IMG/VR virus record: IMGVR_UViG_3300049049_000041
Location: 1 to 40,121 of that record
Origin: a virus
Taxonomy: Duplodnaviria; Caudoviricetes
Direction: 5' to 3' (one strand)
Length of the DNA: 40,121 bases
Under the pieces are notes generated by a model. It saw nothing but the letters and a program-made list of their open reading frames with translations, was not told the origin of the DNA and did not search any database. Position numbers and translations under genes: made by a program. The number at the start of each line of letters is the position of its first letter. Position 1 is the first letter of the stretch. This document shows, piece after piece, positions 1 through 8,041 of the stretch.

Positions 1-50
1 CCCATATCGTTATTATTACTACTTATTTGGTGGTATGTCTTATGTATATA

Positions 51-79
51 TAGGTACCACCTTCGATCGCTCATGTCAA
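51..79 (-). promoter_or_regulatory. Putative sigma70 promoter reading out of the left edge
   Basis: Minus strand TTGACA-17 nt-TACCTA; shares TTGACATGA with the promoters at 5645 and 7349; -10 is weak. Confidence 0.45.
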
Positions 80-104
80 GTGTCATATACGTGATGTTAT
101 GAGT

Positions 105-140
105 AAAAGAGGGACGGTGCCTTGCGAGTAACACCGCCCC
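105..140 (-). terminator. Rho-independent terminator ending the early operon
   Basis: Minus strand GGGGCGGTG...CACCGTCCC followed by TCTTTT. Confidence 0.7.
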
Positions 141-216
141 AAGCCAGCCTCAACGACCTTACTAGTGTACTGCCGGATTAGTACTCGGGTCAAGTACACG
201 GGTGCTGATGGGCTCG

Positions 217-236
217 TAGCCAATATGTGTTGGATA
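217..236. promoter_or_regulatory. 20-bp palindromic motif copy
   Basis: TAGCCAA TATGTG TTGGATA. Confidence 0.85.
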
Positions 237-328
237 CCAGCACAGGTGTACGACAACCAGTCCAGCAACCACAGCAGTCATCCAGACGAGTACTAATGCT
301 GTGGTAGTAATAATTATCTGTCTCTCAG

Positions 329-574
329 TTACTTCTCTTTGTCGATTAATGACCGCAAGTTCTTGCTGTATCTGCTCCAAGTTGGTTGCTTGTTGTGTTC
401 CTTTGTTACTACTTTGCAGCATTCTTTATCTCCGAACTTACTATCACCCTCAAACTCAGCCACAGAACGCAGCATTCCACAACCATTACACCAAACAATA
501 GTGGTTTTAGGATGCTGTTGGTTCAGTACAGTAGAGTAACCACTATGGTTTTGATCTTTGACCATATTCCCCAC
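329..574 (-). CDS. Hypothetical protein, possible Zn-binding
   Basis: CNGC...ECC; codirectional with early genes; start uncertain. Confidence 0.4.
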   Translation of the reverse strand: MGNMVKDQNHSGYSTVLNQQHPKTTIVWCNGCGMLRSVAEFEGDSKFGDKECCKVVTKEHNKQPTWSRYSKNLRSLIDKEK

Positions 575-645
575 TCCGATACATAACCGATGATGTACAC
601 AGCAGCAAACACACAGCTAATTCGCATGCGTGTTTGTTCAGTCAT
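523..645 (-). CDS. Small hydrophobic protein (40 aa, not in ORF track)
   Basis: MTEQTRMRISCVFAAVYIIGYVSEWGIWSKIKTIVVTLLY; ATGA overlap with HNH stop. Confidence 0.4.
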   Translation of the reverse strand: MTEQTRMRISCVFAAVYIIGYVSEWGIWSKIKTIVVTLLY

Positions 646-1118
646 ACCGCTGTCCATCCTTCTGGTGCATCATCAAGAATGACATGCTTATACACACGTC
701 CTTGCTTGATCTCAGAGATCAGTGTGCGAGAGACGCCGAACTTATCTGCGATCTCTTGCATAGTGTCTTCATTCTTGGCAATCAGACGTTTAATTGCTTT
801 CACAGTTCCATGGGGTAAACCTGTCCTTTCTCTGTCTGTCATATCCTTCATGTTCTCATCATGCGTACCGGGCGTGATGTGATGAGGGTTGCAGCAGATT
901 TCATTGTCACAGTTGTGCCTAGCCATACGATCACCGAGCACATCACCTGTCATCAGTTCATATGTTAGACGATATGCGAGTACTTTCTGGCCATTGAGAT
1001 CAAAGTATGGACGGCCTTTTGCATTAACCGGGCCAGTCCATTCCCAACAAACAGTAGTGTCACCTCCTTTCATGTCTATCTTCTTGAATACATCAGTTGC
1101 TTTATTCTTGCGTGCCAT
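642..1118 (-). CDS. HNH (His-Me finger) endonuclease with C-terminal HTH
   Basis: CWEWTG...AYRLTY...RHNCDNEICCNPHHITPGTHDENMKD; C-terminal MQEIADKFGVSRTLISEI. Confidence 0.9.
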   Translation of the reverse strand: MARKNKATDVFKKIDMKGGDTTVCWEWTGPVNAKGRPYFDLNGQKVLAYRLTYELMTGDVLGDRMARHNCDNEICCNPHHITPGTHDENMKDMTDRERTGLPHGTVKAIKRLIAKNEDTMQEIADKFGVSRTLISEIKQGRVYKHVILDDAPEGWTAV

Positions 1119-1329
1119 TCTTTGTACTCATTGCTTGTTCAAATGCAGCAGCAATCTGATCAGTAGTCTCTATTACTCTGTAGTCTTGGCTGTTGGTGCA
1201 ATAGAGCATAGACACATGAACAACATCTCCAGGATCTCTATAGTCTACGGCATTGATGAAGTTCATAGGATTAATGATGATCTTACGCTTATACCCTTGA
1301 TAGATTTGCGTTAGTTTCATCAGTTGCAT
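1102..1329 (-). CDS. Hypothetical protein, loosely FlbD-like
   Basis: MKLT...IIINP...VIETTDQI pattern; overlaps neighbours in operon. Confidence 0.55.
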   Translation of the reverse strand: MQLMKLTQIYQGYKRKIIINPMNFINAVDYRDPGDVVHVSMLYCTNSQDYRVIETTDQIAAAFEQAMSTKNGTQE

Positions 1330-1517
1330 CGCTTGATCCTTTTCTTGAGTGATTGTGCGCTCATACTATAAGCATCACCATGTGCTCTCATTTTTACACG
1401 AGAACGCAACTCTCGATCACTATTTAATAGCTCTATCGCTTCTTCATCTGTTAGTTTCTTCATGCCCCGTTCTGCACGCATCTTGTGCAGAGTAGTCAAC
1501 AAATGATCAGATATCAC
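1320..1517 (-). CDS. Hypothetical protein
   Basis: Overlap-coupled in early operon. Confidence 0.65.
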   Translation of the reverse strand: MISDHLLTTLHKMRAERGMKKLTDEEAIELLNSDRELRSRVKMRAHGDAYSMSAQSLKKRIKRCN

Positions 1518-1726
1518 TTGTCCTCCGGCTTGATTATCCGCACGTCATCGCCTTGATCTTCACGTATCGTTACTTGTTCCATCTTGCCATTGTCATGCAT
1601 AAGGACACACGTACCATGTTTAAAATCACGGGTGTGTATCCACATACGCCAATAGCCTTCAACAATGCGCTCGATACGTAACACTTGCAAATTACGTGGT
1701 ATGTGTATTGGTATCGGCAGTTGCAT
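1514..1726 (-). CDS. Hypothetical protein
   Basis: AGGA RBS upstream; 4-nt overlap with next gene. Confidence 0.7.
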   Translation of the reverse strand: MQLPIPIHIPRNLQVLRIERIVEGYWRMWIHTRDFKHGTCVLMHDNGKMEQVTIREDQGDDVRIIKPEDK

Positions 1727-1946
1727 TGACGTTTCCTTCTGTCTTACTCTTTTCTACGATTTGGATCAGTTTATCCAAGTCATGTTGCATATTCTGAATA
1801 GCTTTCTCTAGATGCTTAAGTGTACTCTCAGACGGTCTATGAGTACAGAAAGCAAAAGCACCGAGTACAGATGCTCTAAGCGTGCTGAGTTGGTTACGAA
1901 TTTCGTTCATGTCAGTCATCTTTTTCTTTCCCACCCATGCTTTCAC
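1692..1946 (-). CDS. Hypothetical coiled-coil protein
   Basis: In operon; true start probably MTDMNE. Confidence 0.55.
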   Translation of the reverse strand: MKAWVGKKKMTDMNEIRNQLSTLRASVLGAFAFCTHRPSESTLKHLEKAIQNMQHDLDKLIQIVEKSKTEGNVNATADTNTHTT

Positions 1947-2145
1947 GATAGTTCTTTTCGGCTTGTAACTGTTCTACCATTGCACGCATTCGTATTATAT
2001 CTTCACGCTTCTGATTAATATAAGGCATAGGATCTAGAAGGATTGCTGCTTCCCTTATTGCATGTAGTTCTATATTGAGAAGCAAACTACTGTACTTTTG
2101 CACTATTTGCTCAAGCATTTTAGCTACTTCACGATGTCTAGTCAT
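1912..2145 (-). CDS. Hypothetical protein
   Basis: GGAG RBS; coupled in operon. Confidence 0.65.
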   Translation of the reverse strand: MTRHREVAKMLEQIVQKYSSLLLNIELHAIREAAILLDPMPYINQKREDIIRMRAMVEQLQAEKNYRESMGGKEKDD

Positions 2146-2362
2146 TATTCTGCTCCATGAGCTTGCTATTCAACATATCTTGGATACCTGCACGAAGTAC
2201 AGATGCATATGAGAATTCATGCAATATGTACTTCTTCATTGTTGGATATTGTATATGCGTGATGACTGGTGTAGTTGGATCTCGTAGCTGTATAATTCCT
2301 TTATATAGAAACACAGAATATCTAGTGCCTCCTATGGTTAAGTTTTGCAGATATACAATCAT
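2138..2362 (-). CDS. Hypothetical protein
   Basis: GGAGG RBS; coupled in operon. Confidence 0.65.
   Translation of the reverse strand: MIVYLQNLTIGGTRYSVFLYKGIIQLRDPTTPVITHIQYPTMKKYILHEFSYASVLRAGIQDMLNSKLMEQNND
2167..2186. promoter_or_regulatory. 20-bp palindromic motif copy (1 mismatch, intragenic)
   Basis: TATTCAA CATATC TTGGATA. Confidence 0.65.
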
Positions 2363-2364
2363 GG

Positions 2365-2682
2365 TCAGTCCTCCGTTTCAGGCATGAATACAGGCCCGTA
2401 CCACGCAAACATATCTAAGTTGTGTTGGTATCCTAACTTGGTTAAAAAAGAAACTACTAGCATATGCTTGCCTGAAAACATTATTTTACGTACAAAACCA
2501 ATGCGTAAGTTCTGTGGTGTTACCATGTCTTTTAATTTGCAATAATACAGTCCTGGTTCAGTTGGCGGATCAGTGCGCTTTAGTTTCTGCGGCTTATCCA
2601 GCTTGATTTCCATGTATCGACCAGCAAGATGGCCACATTTGCAGATAGTCGCCTCTCGTTTGCAAATAGTGCAGATGATCAT
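2365..2682 (-). CDS. Hypothetical protein
   Basis: N-terminal CxxC/CxC; PTEPGLYY motif common in small phage proteins. Confidence 0.65.
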   Translation of the reverse strand: MIICTICKREATICKCGHLAGRYMEIKLDKPQKLKRTDPPTEPGLYYCKLKDMVTPQNLRIGFVRKIMFSGKHMLVVSFLTKLGYQHNLDMFAWYGPVFMPETED

Positions 2683-2735
2683 TGTCGTCGTCCTTGTCTG
2701 AATGAGTGTGTGTTTGCGTGTACCGCCTCTGTCAA

Positions 2736-2978
2736 TTAGTCCAGGAACTCACCGTCATCTTCATCATTTTCAGCTTGTTGGGGATGCTCATCAACACTAG
2801 GCACTATAAATGGACTACCACTGTGAACACGATGGACTTTCAGTCTGCATGTATTTACAAAACTACAGTGTGTCATGTTTCTTTGCAACTTCTCTCCATA
2901 CTCTCCATTCATGATGGCCCTTGTCTGCTCTATATCTCTAGTAGTAAAAGCATCTCTAACAGCTTTGTCTCTCTTCAT
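2736..2978 (-). CDS. Hypothetical protein with acidic C-terminus
   Basis: GAGG RBS; ends ENDEDDGEFLD. Confidence 0.65.
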   Translation of the reverse strand: MKRDKAVRDAFTTRDIEQTRAIMNGEYGEKLQRNMTHCSFVNTCRLKVHRVHSGSPFIVPSVDEHPQQAENDEDDGEFLD

Positions 2979-2994
2979 GTCATCCTCGCATACG

Positions 2995-3024
2995 AATAGG
3001 GGCGGACATGACTGCCCGCCCCTT
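2995..3024 (-). terminator. GC-rich hairpin, probable terminator
   Basis: AGGGGCGGGCA GTCA TGTCCGCCCCT then ATT; short U-tract. Confidence 0.55.
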
Positions 3025-3028
3025 GTTG

Positions 3029-3469
3029 TTATTCAGGCTTGTAGTCTTCCCACCAGTGTGCAGCTAGTGCATCCCAATCGACTTCTCCAATTGTCCATCG
3101 CCACATATCGAATACTAAGCCTGATGGGTGAGAATGCCACGCACTGATGTAATCTATAAGCATCTGCCGGAACTGCATCATCGTTCTGCAATTTCGACGT
3201 ATCCGCTTGATATCTCCACTGGCTTCGTCAGTTGCGTACGTATAGACCAACCATGTAGGCTTGTTCTTCCAACCGTTGTAGTCAGTCGGTTTCGCTAATG
3301 CAGTTAGATTGAGTTGAGTATAGAAAGTGAAATGCTCAACTGGTGGCCTAACAAGATGCCCAACAGACTTCACTAAACCATTTTGAACTTGAACAACTTC
3401 TAGCTCATCAGTACCAGTGCTGTTGAGAAATTGTGCGATATACCAGCCGTCTTCTTTCTTCTCACTCAT
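3029..3469 (-). CDS. Hypothetical phage protein
   Basis: YNGWKNKPTW motif resembling YNGWxNxxTW phage proteins. Confidence 0.75.
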   Translation of the reverse strand: MSEKKEDGWYIAQFLNSTGTDELEVVQVQNGLVKSVGHLVRPPVEHFTFYTQLNLTALAKPTDYNGWKNKPTWLVYTYATDEASGDIKRIRRNCRTMMQFRQMLIDYISAWHSHPSGLVFDMWRWTIGEVDWDALAAHWWEDYKPE

Positions 3470-3755
3470 TGTCTATAATCCCCATGCGCTTCCCGATTGC
3501 CTTCAAAGCGAATTCCATTGTCAATCGCTGAGGCTTTCGCGTAGTTCCTGTGTCCCATCGCTTAAGTGTAGCAGCAGTGACACCTGTAGCCTTCTCTATC
3601 TGCTCAAATGACAAGCCACTCTCACGAATAGCTTGCAACACATCGAGCATCATCGGGTCTTTGTCTATATGACGATAGCCCTTTGATGTATCAGAGTGCT
3701 GCACTTTGTTGGGACGACGACGATCTTTGCTCATGCTTGTATGTGCGTATGCCAT
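3462..3755 (-). CDS. XRE/Cro-CI-type helix-turn-helix DNA-binding protein
   Basis: IRESGLSFEQIEKATGVTAATLKRWDTGTTRKPQ; start reassigned to MAYAH at 3755. Confidence 0.8.
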   Translation of the reverse strand: MAYAHTSMSKDRRRPNKVQHSDTSKGYRHIDKDPMMLDVLQAIRESGLSFEQIEKATGVTAATLKRWDTGTTRKPQRLTMEFALKAIGKRMGIIDNE

Positions 3756-3757
3756 TA

Positions 3758-3976
3758 TTAAGCTTCCCGTACGTAGTAACGATTGGATGCACCTTGCACA
3801 TATACAGACTGCATGAGGACTGCATTTGTCTGCGCATCTACTACTTGAAGTATCTGCGTACCATTTGCAGTAATGCACTTCTCATGCACTCTGCGATTGA
3901 TTGTCATTAGCCAAGCTTCAACCCAATGCCTACGCTCGACTTCTTTAAGTGACTTACTCATGATGCTTATCTCCAA
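3758..3976 (-). CDS. Hypothetical protein
   Basis: Fills gap in operon; probable start MSKSL after GGAG. Confidence 0.6.
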   Translation of the reverse strand: MEISIMSKSLKEVERRHWVEAWLMTINRRVHEKCITANGTQILQVVDAQTNAVLMQSVYVQGASNRYYVREA

Positions 3977-4183
3977 TTAACGGTTGTACCAAGCGATGTG
4001 TGTTGCCCACTCGGGTATTTCTTCCAACTTAGACGGAATGATTGTAATATCATCATCAACCATTCCATCAACAACAGGCTCACCACAACCGTCATAGTCA
4101 ATAAGCATGCCGTCTTCACATGCATTTTTGAATTTTTCAACAGTCATTAGATCAGCATAATCTGGTACAGGACGCTTTGCCAT
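3977..4183 (-). CDS. Hypothetical phage protein
   Basis: LMTVEKF...LIDYDGCG...PEWATHIAWYNR; start reassigned to MAKRP. Confidence 0.7.
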   Translation of the reverse strand: MAKRPVPDYADLMTVEKFKNACEDGMLIDYDGCGEPVVDGMVDDDITIIPSKLEEIPEWATHIAWYNR

Positions 4184-4233
4184 GATGATTGCTTTCATTT
4201 GGTTTGATACGGCATCAAGTAACTGACACCATT

Positions 4234-4259
4234 GAACAGCCAACATGTATTGGCTGTTC
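4234..4259. promoter_or_regulatory. Palindromic motif copy with extended 10-bp arms
   Basis: GAACAGCCAA CATGTA TTGGCTGTTC, intergenic. Confidence 0.8.
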
Positions 4260-4270
4260 TGTGCTATCAG

Positions 4271-4489
4271 CTAGCACTCTGCGTAAGGATGCACTGTGTA
4301 ATCGAAGTAAGGACCTCCAACCTGTTCTAGCTTGAACTTACTTACACACTGTTGCTTGTTAAGTGTATCGCATATCTCAATACACATGTAATGAAAACTG
4401 ATTGTATTTTTGTAGTGCCCGTCTTCATACCAACCATAAGACCAAGCAGCAATCAGTTCCCAACCACTTATTGTCTGATTTTCCCACAT
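4271..4489 (-). CDS. Mini-protein B of SGWE...HPYAEC pair
   Basis: MWENQTISGWELIAA...VHPYAEC; GGAG RBS before 4489. Confidence 0.7.
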   Translation of the reverse strand: MWENQTISGWELIAAWSYGWYEDGHYKNTISFHYMCIEICDTLNKQQCVSKFKLEQVGGPYFDYTVHPYAEC

Positions 4490-4491
4490 GA

Positions 4492-4665
4492 TCAGCACTC
4501 CGCGTAGGGATGAATGAGCATGTCTTCTTCTTCTAAAGCAGCATACCAAAGAAGCCATGGAATTCGACACAGATTTTCAGATTTAAGCCAATAATCAACT
4601 TCATATTTATAACGCCATGGCAACCAATCAAAAGGTAAAGCGCCGATAATTTCCCATCCAGACAT
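4492..4665 (-). CDS. Mini-protein A of SGWE...HPYAEC pair (57 aa, not in ORF track)
   Basis: Hand translation MSGWEIIGALPFDWLPWRYKYEVDYWLKSENLCRIPWLLWYAALEEEDMLIHPYAEC; TAATG coupling to upstream gene. Confidence 0.75.
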   Translation of the reverse strand: MSGWEIIGALPFDWLPWRYKYEVDYWLKSENLCRIPWLLWYAALEEEDMLIHPYAEC

Positions 4666-4850
4666 TACTTCTTCTCCCTTTCCTTACGCATGTACTTCGC
4701 AGTGTCTATCGCATCTTGTGGATCATTCGTGTAGTACGCTGTTACCTCCTTACCTGCACGATAATTTACTCTATACTCTCTATTATCATACGCAGCCGTC
4801 ATGCCTTCAGCACGAATAGCAGCAAGTACATTTTTAGTTGTCATCTTCAT
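4665..4850 (-). CDS. Hypothetical protein
   Basis: GAGG RBS; AYYTNDPQDAIDTA motif. Confidence 0.7.
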   Translation of the reverse strand: MKMTTKNVLAAIRAEGMTAAYDNREYRVNYRAGKEVTAYYTNDPQDAIDTAKYMRKEREKK

Positions 4851-5079
4851 CGATTACCTCTGCATCTTTTACATCAACCCAACGCAAATCCACGAGATCC
4901 ATACTTTCACACAAGTAACCACGCTCTCCCGTATCTATAAGTCGATAAGTGTCACCATGCTCTTTGATAACTTGTTTAAGTTTCTTGTTGTTGGGCTTAA
5001 GTATAACACGTTTCATTTTACGACGATAGTTACTGACCATTGACATTGCCTGATGTGGTACATCTTTTTCAGGGAACAT
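4834..5079 (-). CDS. Hypothetical protein
   Basis: GGAG RBS; coupled in operon. Confidence 0.6.
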   Translation of the reverse strand: MFPEKDVPHQAMSMVSNYRRKMKRVILKPNNKKLKQVIKEHGDTYRLIDTGERGYLCESMDLVDLRWVDVKDAEVIDEDDN

Positions 5080-5248
5080 GTTTCACTCCTTCAGCTAATA
5101 AAGCAAACTTCTGTTGCAACAGTTCACGTATTCTTGTCTCAATACGTGCTATATGTTGTGCATCAGTGCTGGTATTTAGTGCAGATTGCATCATCCTTAG
5201 CCTATTCTCTACATCTTCAAGAATAAGCTGCTTATCTCTTTCAGACAT
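5069..5248 (-). CDS. Hypothetical coiled-coil protein
   Basis: GAGG RBS before MSERDK. Confidence 0.6.
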   Translation of the reverse strand: MSERDKQLILEDVENRLRMMQSALNTSTDAQHIARIETRIRELLQQKFALLAEGVKHVP

Positions 5249-5331
5249 GGTGCAGCCTCGCCTTGTTTGTATTGTAACTGGCACAATTGAGAGCACGGTT
5301 TAGGCATGCTCTCTGTTGTATCAGCTATGTT

Positions 5332-5351
5332 TATCCAACATGTGTTGGCTA
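5332..5351. promoter_or_regulatory. 20-bp palindromic motif copy
   Basis: TATCCAA CATGTG TTGGCTA, right after stop codon at 5353. Confidence 0.9.
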
Positions 5352-5352
5352 A

Positions 5353-5568
5353 TCACATATTATACTTATCCATCAGTCCATAACGCACATAGTCATCGAG
5401 CCAGCTACATGCATACGCAATGATCTCCTCATATGTGTTCACATTGTCTGGTTTTTTAATCGTCTCGACCCACATACCATTATATGTGAGATCAATTATG
5501 GGAATATCTTTTACATTGAGCAAGTTTGCCCACAAACCTTTGCCTCGATACACAAAGTAGACTGCCAT
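5353..5568 (-). CDS. Hypothetical protein
   Basis: AAGGA RBS before MAVYFV; longer track ORF would start inside the promoter. Confidence 0.7.
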   Translation of the reverse strand: MAVYFVYRGKGLWANLLNVKDIPIIDLTYNGMWVETIKKPDNVNTYEEIIAYACSWLDDYVRYGLMDKYNM

Positions 5569-5616
5569 GCTGCATTCCTTTAGTTTGGTTTGACGACATA
5601 ATAAGCACTTATGATC

Positions 5617-5645
5617 ATAATAGCATACGTGTACGTTCATGTCAA
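5617..5645 (-). promoter_or_regulatory. Strong sigma70 promoter for early operon
   Basis: TTGACA-17 nt-TATTAT with TGn extended -10. Confidence 0.85.
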
Positions 5646-5830
5646 ATCGAGTAACGCCAATGGCCTACACAACTATGCTCTTCCACATACCCCATTCAGA
5701 CATGAAATCAGTGCCTAGAACCCTAGGAAATCCGTGTACTTGGGGCAGTTCGCAGCCATTTACTTACTGTCTATGCTGCCCCACATAGCCGATCATGACG
5801 GATATGGGTGTGCGTGTGTGCCTTCTGTCT

Positions 5831-5850
5831 TAGCCAACACATATTGGATA
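5831..5850. promoter_or_regulatory. 20-bp palindromic motif copy
   Basis: TAGCCAA CACATA TTGGATA, just past a terminator. Confidence 0.9.
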
Positions 5851-5855
5851 TGAGC

Positions 5856-5892
5856 AAAGAAAAAGGCCCGCAACCGATTGGCTGCGGGCCTT
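5856..5892 (-). terminator. Rho-independent terminator of J-domain gene
   Basis: AAGGCCCGCAGCC...GGTTGCGGGCCTTTTTCTTT. Confidence 0.9.
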
Positions 5893-5919
5893 AATCTTAT
5901 CTATCACAGTGCAGATGCC

Positions 5920-7128
5920 TTATGCGGCCTTATCCTTTTGCGACGCTTCACGCTCCTTCATCGCAGCCTCGTTGTCACGCTTCCATCTGTTGTACGCACC
6001 CTTGTCATTGAAGAAGCCAGTGAGGAGCGCATCCAGTTTCTCGACAGCTTCCATTTCATCGATGCTGAGGTTGTACCCTTGCTGCTGGTTGGCATAGCCG
6101 TTGATGCGGTTGAACACCATGTTCACAGCGTTAGTGAATTCACTGACCTGTTGACCAGAGCCAGTACGGCCAGCCTGCGAGCCAGCATCAGTGCGAGGCT
6201 TCGGACCCATGCCCTTCTCTTTGGCACGGTTCACCATTTCAGCGAACGAATAGCCGCCCTTGCCGGTGATGGCCATCGGAGCGTCCTTCAGTGCCTCGTA
6301 CTGAGCCTTCGCATTGGCATCGGCCTTATCATCAGGCTTCTTGGTAACAAGGCTGTTGGGCACGCGAAGAAGCTTGTCCTCACCGATGGAAATCACATCA
6401 GCGATGCTCTTGTTCTTCTCCTTGGCATAGGCACACACCAGCTTAACTGCAGGCATGGTGTACCGAACCTTCTGCACATCTGCCTGAGTGAACACGTTGG
6501 TCCCCTCAACAGACAAGCCGAACACTTCGTACATGACAGCTTGAATGCGAGCCGTCTGTACCTTGCGAAGGACCTTGCCATCCTTGTCCTTCGGGTCATC
6601 AACGATATCGAGAAGATTGAACGTGATCTCAATGTTGTTGCCCTTGTCGTCCTTCACACTGGCAACAAGAGAGCCCTTCTGTTCAGCGAACTCAGCCAGT
6701 GCAAGAAGAGCGTACGCATTGCCGATGCCTTGTGTAGCCTCAGCATCACGCCAGAAGTGAACGGCTTGGCTGCCATGCTGGAAGTATGCAGTGTTCTTGC
6801 GGGCTTCATCAGCCTTCATTTCTTCCATTCTGGCTTTCGCCTTGGTCACTTCACTCTCAACGTACACACGCACGATGTCCCAACGCTCTTTCAGATAGTC
6901 GAACGCCGCATTGCAACGCTTGGCCTTCTCCTCAGCCTTGGCCTTCTCTTCATCGCTGGCCGTACCGTTCTTGTCAGGATGGCAGCCCTTGAGGCAGTCG
7001 TTCTTGGCCTTCGTGATTTCCTTCTTCATCTGAGCGAGATCGATAGAAGTCTCAGACGTGATGACGAACGAGATATCGAACAGAGCGTCAGGCACGTTAT
7101 AGGTACGATCAGCCATTGTAATTTCCAT
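5920..7128 (-). CDS. Protein with N-terminal J-domain (Hsp70 co-chaperone motif) and unknown C-terminal region
   Basis: KKEITKAKNDCLKGCHPDKNGTASDEEKAKAEEKAKRCNAAFDYLK fits helix II-HPD-helix III; visibly GC-richer third codon positions; start may be MADRT. Confidence 0.8.
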   Translation of the reverse strand: MEITMADRTYNVPDALFDISFVITSETSIDLAQMKKEITKAKNDCLKGCHPDKNGTASDEEKAKAEEKAKRCNAAFDYLKERWDIVRVYVESEVTKAKARMEEMKADEARKNTAYFQHGSQAVHFWRDAEATQGIGNAYALLALAEFAEQKGSLVASVKDDKGNNIEITFNLLDIVDDPKDKDGKVLRKVQTARIQAVMYEVFGLSVEGTNVFTQADVQKVRYTMPAVKLVCAYAKEKNKSIADVISIGEDKLLRVPNSLVTKKPDDKADANAKAQYEALKDAPMAITGKGGYSFAEMVNRAKEKGMGPKPRTDAGSQAGRTGSGQQVSEFTNAVNMVFNRINGYANQQQGYNLSIDEMEAVEKLDALLTGFFNDKGAYNRWKRDNEAAMKEREASQKDKAA

Positions 7129-7171
7129 CAGTTACATAGGGCATTAGAGACACTGACCATTCAGTATCTCG

Positions 7172-7201
7172 TCAGATATCCAATATATGTTGGCTATCTG
7201 A
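7172..7201. promoter_or_regulatory. Palindromic motif copy with extended arms
   Basis: TCAGA TATCCAA TATATG TTGGCTA TCTGA, between promoter and J-domain gene. Confidence 0.9.
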
Positions 7202-7320
7202 TGCGACACTCAATGAAGCTTGCTGCTTATCCTCACTTGTTGTTGTCACCTAATTGCTGTTGAACCGTATCGATCTTTGAATGACCGTGCTGAGCGCCAC
7301 CGCCAACCATTTTTCTTTTT

Positions 7321-7349
7321 AGTATGCACTTATTCTCACATCATGTCAA
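7321..7349 (-). promoter_or_regulatory. Sigma70 promoter for J-domain gene
   Basis: TTGACA-17 nt-CATACT. Confidence 0.8.
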
Positions 7350-7378
7350 GCCTACGTCACACGATAAGCAGCACGCAT

Positions 7379-7398
7379 TAGCCAACATGTGTTGGATA
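7379..7398. promoter_or_regulatory. 20-bp palindromic motif copy
   Basis: TAGCCAA CATGTG TTGGATA, 30 bp upstream of a -35 box. Confidence 0.9.
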
Positions 7399-7459
7399 TG
7401 ATTAGCATCAAGCTATCTATAACCAATGCTCTAGCTGCTATATCAAACTGCATGCATTC

Positions 7460-7498
7460 TATGGCCATTGTGATATGACGTATGACCATTGTGATATG
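7460..7498. repeat. 18-bp direct repeat, period 21
   Basis: TATGGCCATTGTGATATG / TATGACCATTGTGATATG. Confidence 0.85.
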
Positions 7499-7734
7499 CA
7501 TCGGCCAGAAGATGTATGCATGCTAAGTTGAAGGGACTATACTACTCCCCCCGTTGATCCAAAGTGACCCGGGGTTTAGCTGCTGGTGTGTGTAGGTCGA
7601 TCTCAGTCAAGCAAACATTTGTGCCTTAAAATAACAATCACTCAACTGCACAGACATTTGCACATCAAAACAATAACACTCATCACACTGTACAAACATT
7701 TTCACTTTACACACATAACACGAATGATCGCACT

Positions 7735-7865
7735 ACTTACTGCTATCTATACATATATCTATATACACACTGCTCACACTTATACATATAACTACTATAT
7801 CTATATCTATATACACATACTATAGACACACTAAGACTATATAGATATACATAGCAGATACATCA
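7735..7865. repeat. AT-rich alternating purine-pyrimidine tract with direct and inverted repeats
   Basis: TATATCTATATA near 7754 and near 7802, inverted as TATATAGATATA at 7838. Confidence 0.8.
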
Positions 7866-7971
7866 TGCTCGGGATAGCTAGTATAGTGTGTATTGTTGTT
7901 GATTTGTTATTGACACACGTATGCGACCGGCTCACTATTGTTCGCCGGGGGATGCCCCTAGCCGTAGCATC

Positions 7972-7991
7972 TATCCAACACATGTTGGCTA
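7972..7991. promoter_or_regulatory. 20-bp palindromic motif copy
   Basis: TATCCAA CACATG TTGGCTA. Confidence 0.9.
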
Positions 7992-8041
7992 TGATATGGT
8001 ATATGCCAGCGCAGAGGGTCCCCCTCCGTCGCTGGTAGCTC

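Noticed and set aside
162-422. 86-aa ORF with hydrophobic segment
   Set aside because: Overlaps 329-574 in another frame with no clear RBS; may be real from a later start but not supportable
2412-2431. TATCTAA GTTGTG TTGGTAT as a motif copy
   Set aside because: Too many deviations in arms and core; intragenic
5878-7263. 461-aa plus-strand ORF
   Set aside because: Antisense shadow of the codon-biased J-domain gene; starts inside a terminator; no motifs
7586-7825. 79-aa His/Thr/Tyr/Ile-rich ORF
   Set aside because: Artefact of the alternating low-complexity tract
7910-7940. Plus-strand TTGACA as the structural-arm promoter
   Set aside because: No convincing -10 at 16-18 nt spacing; the late promoter remains unidentified
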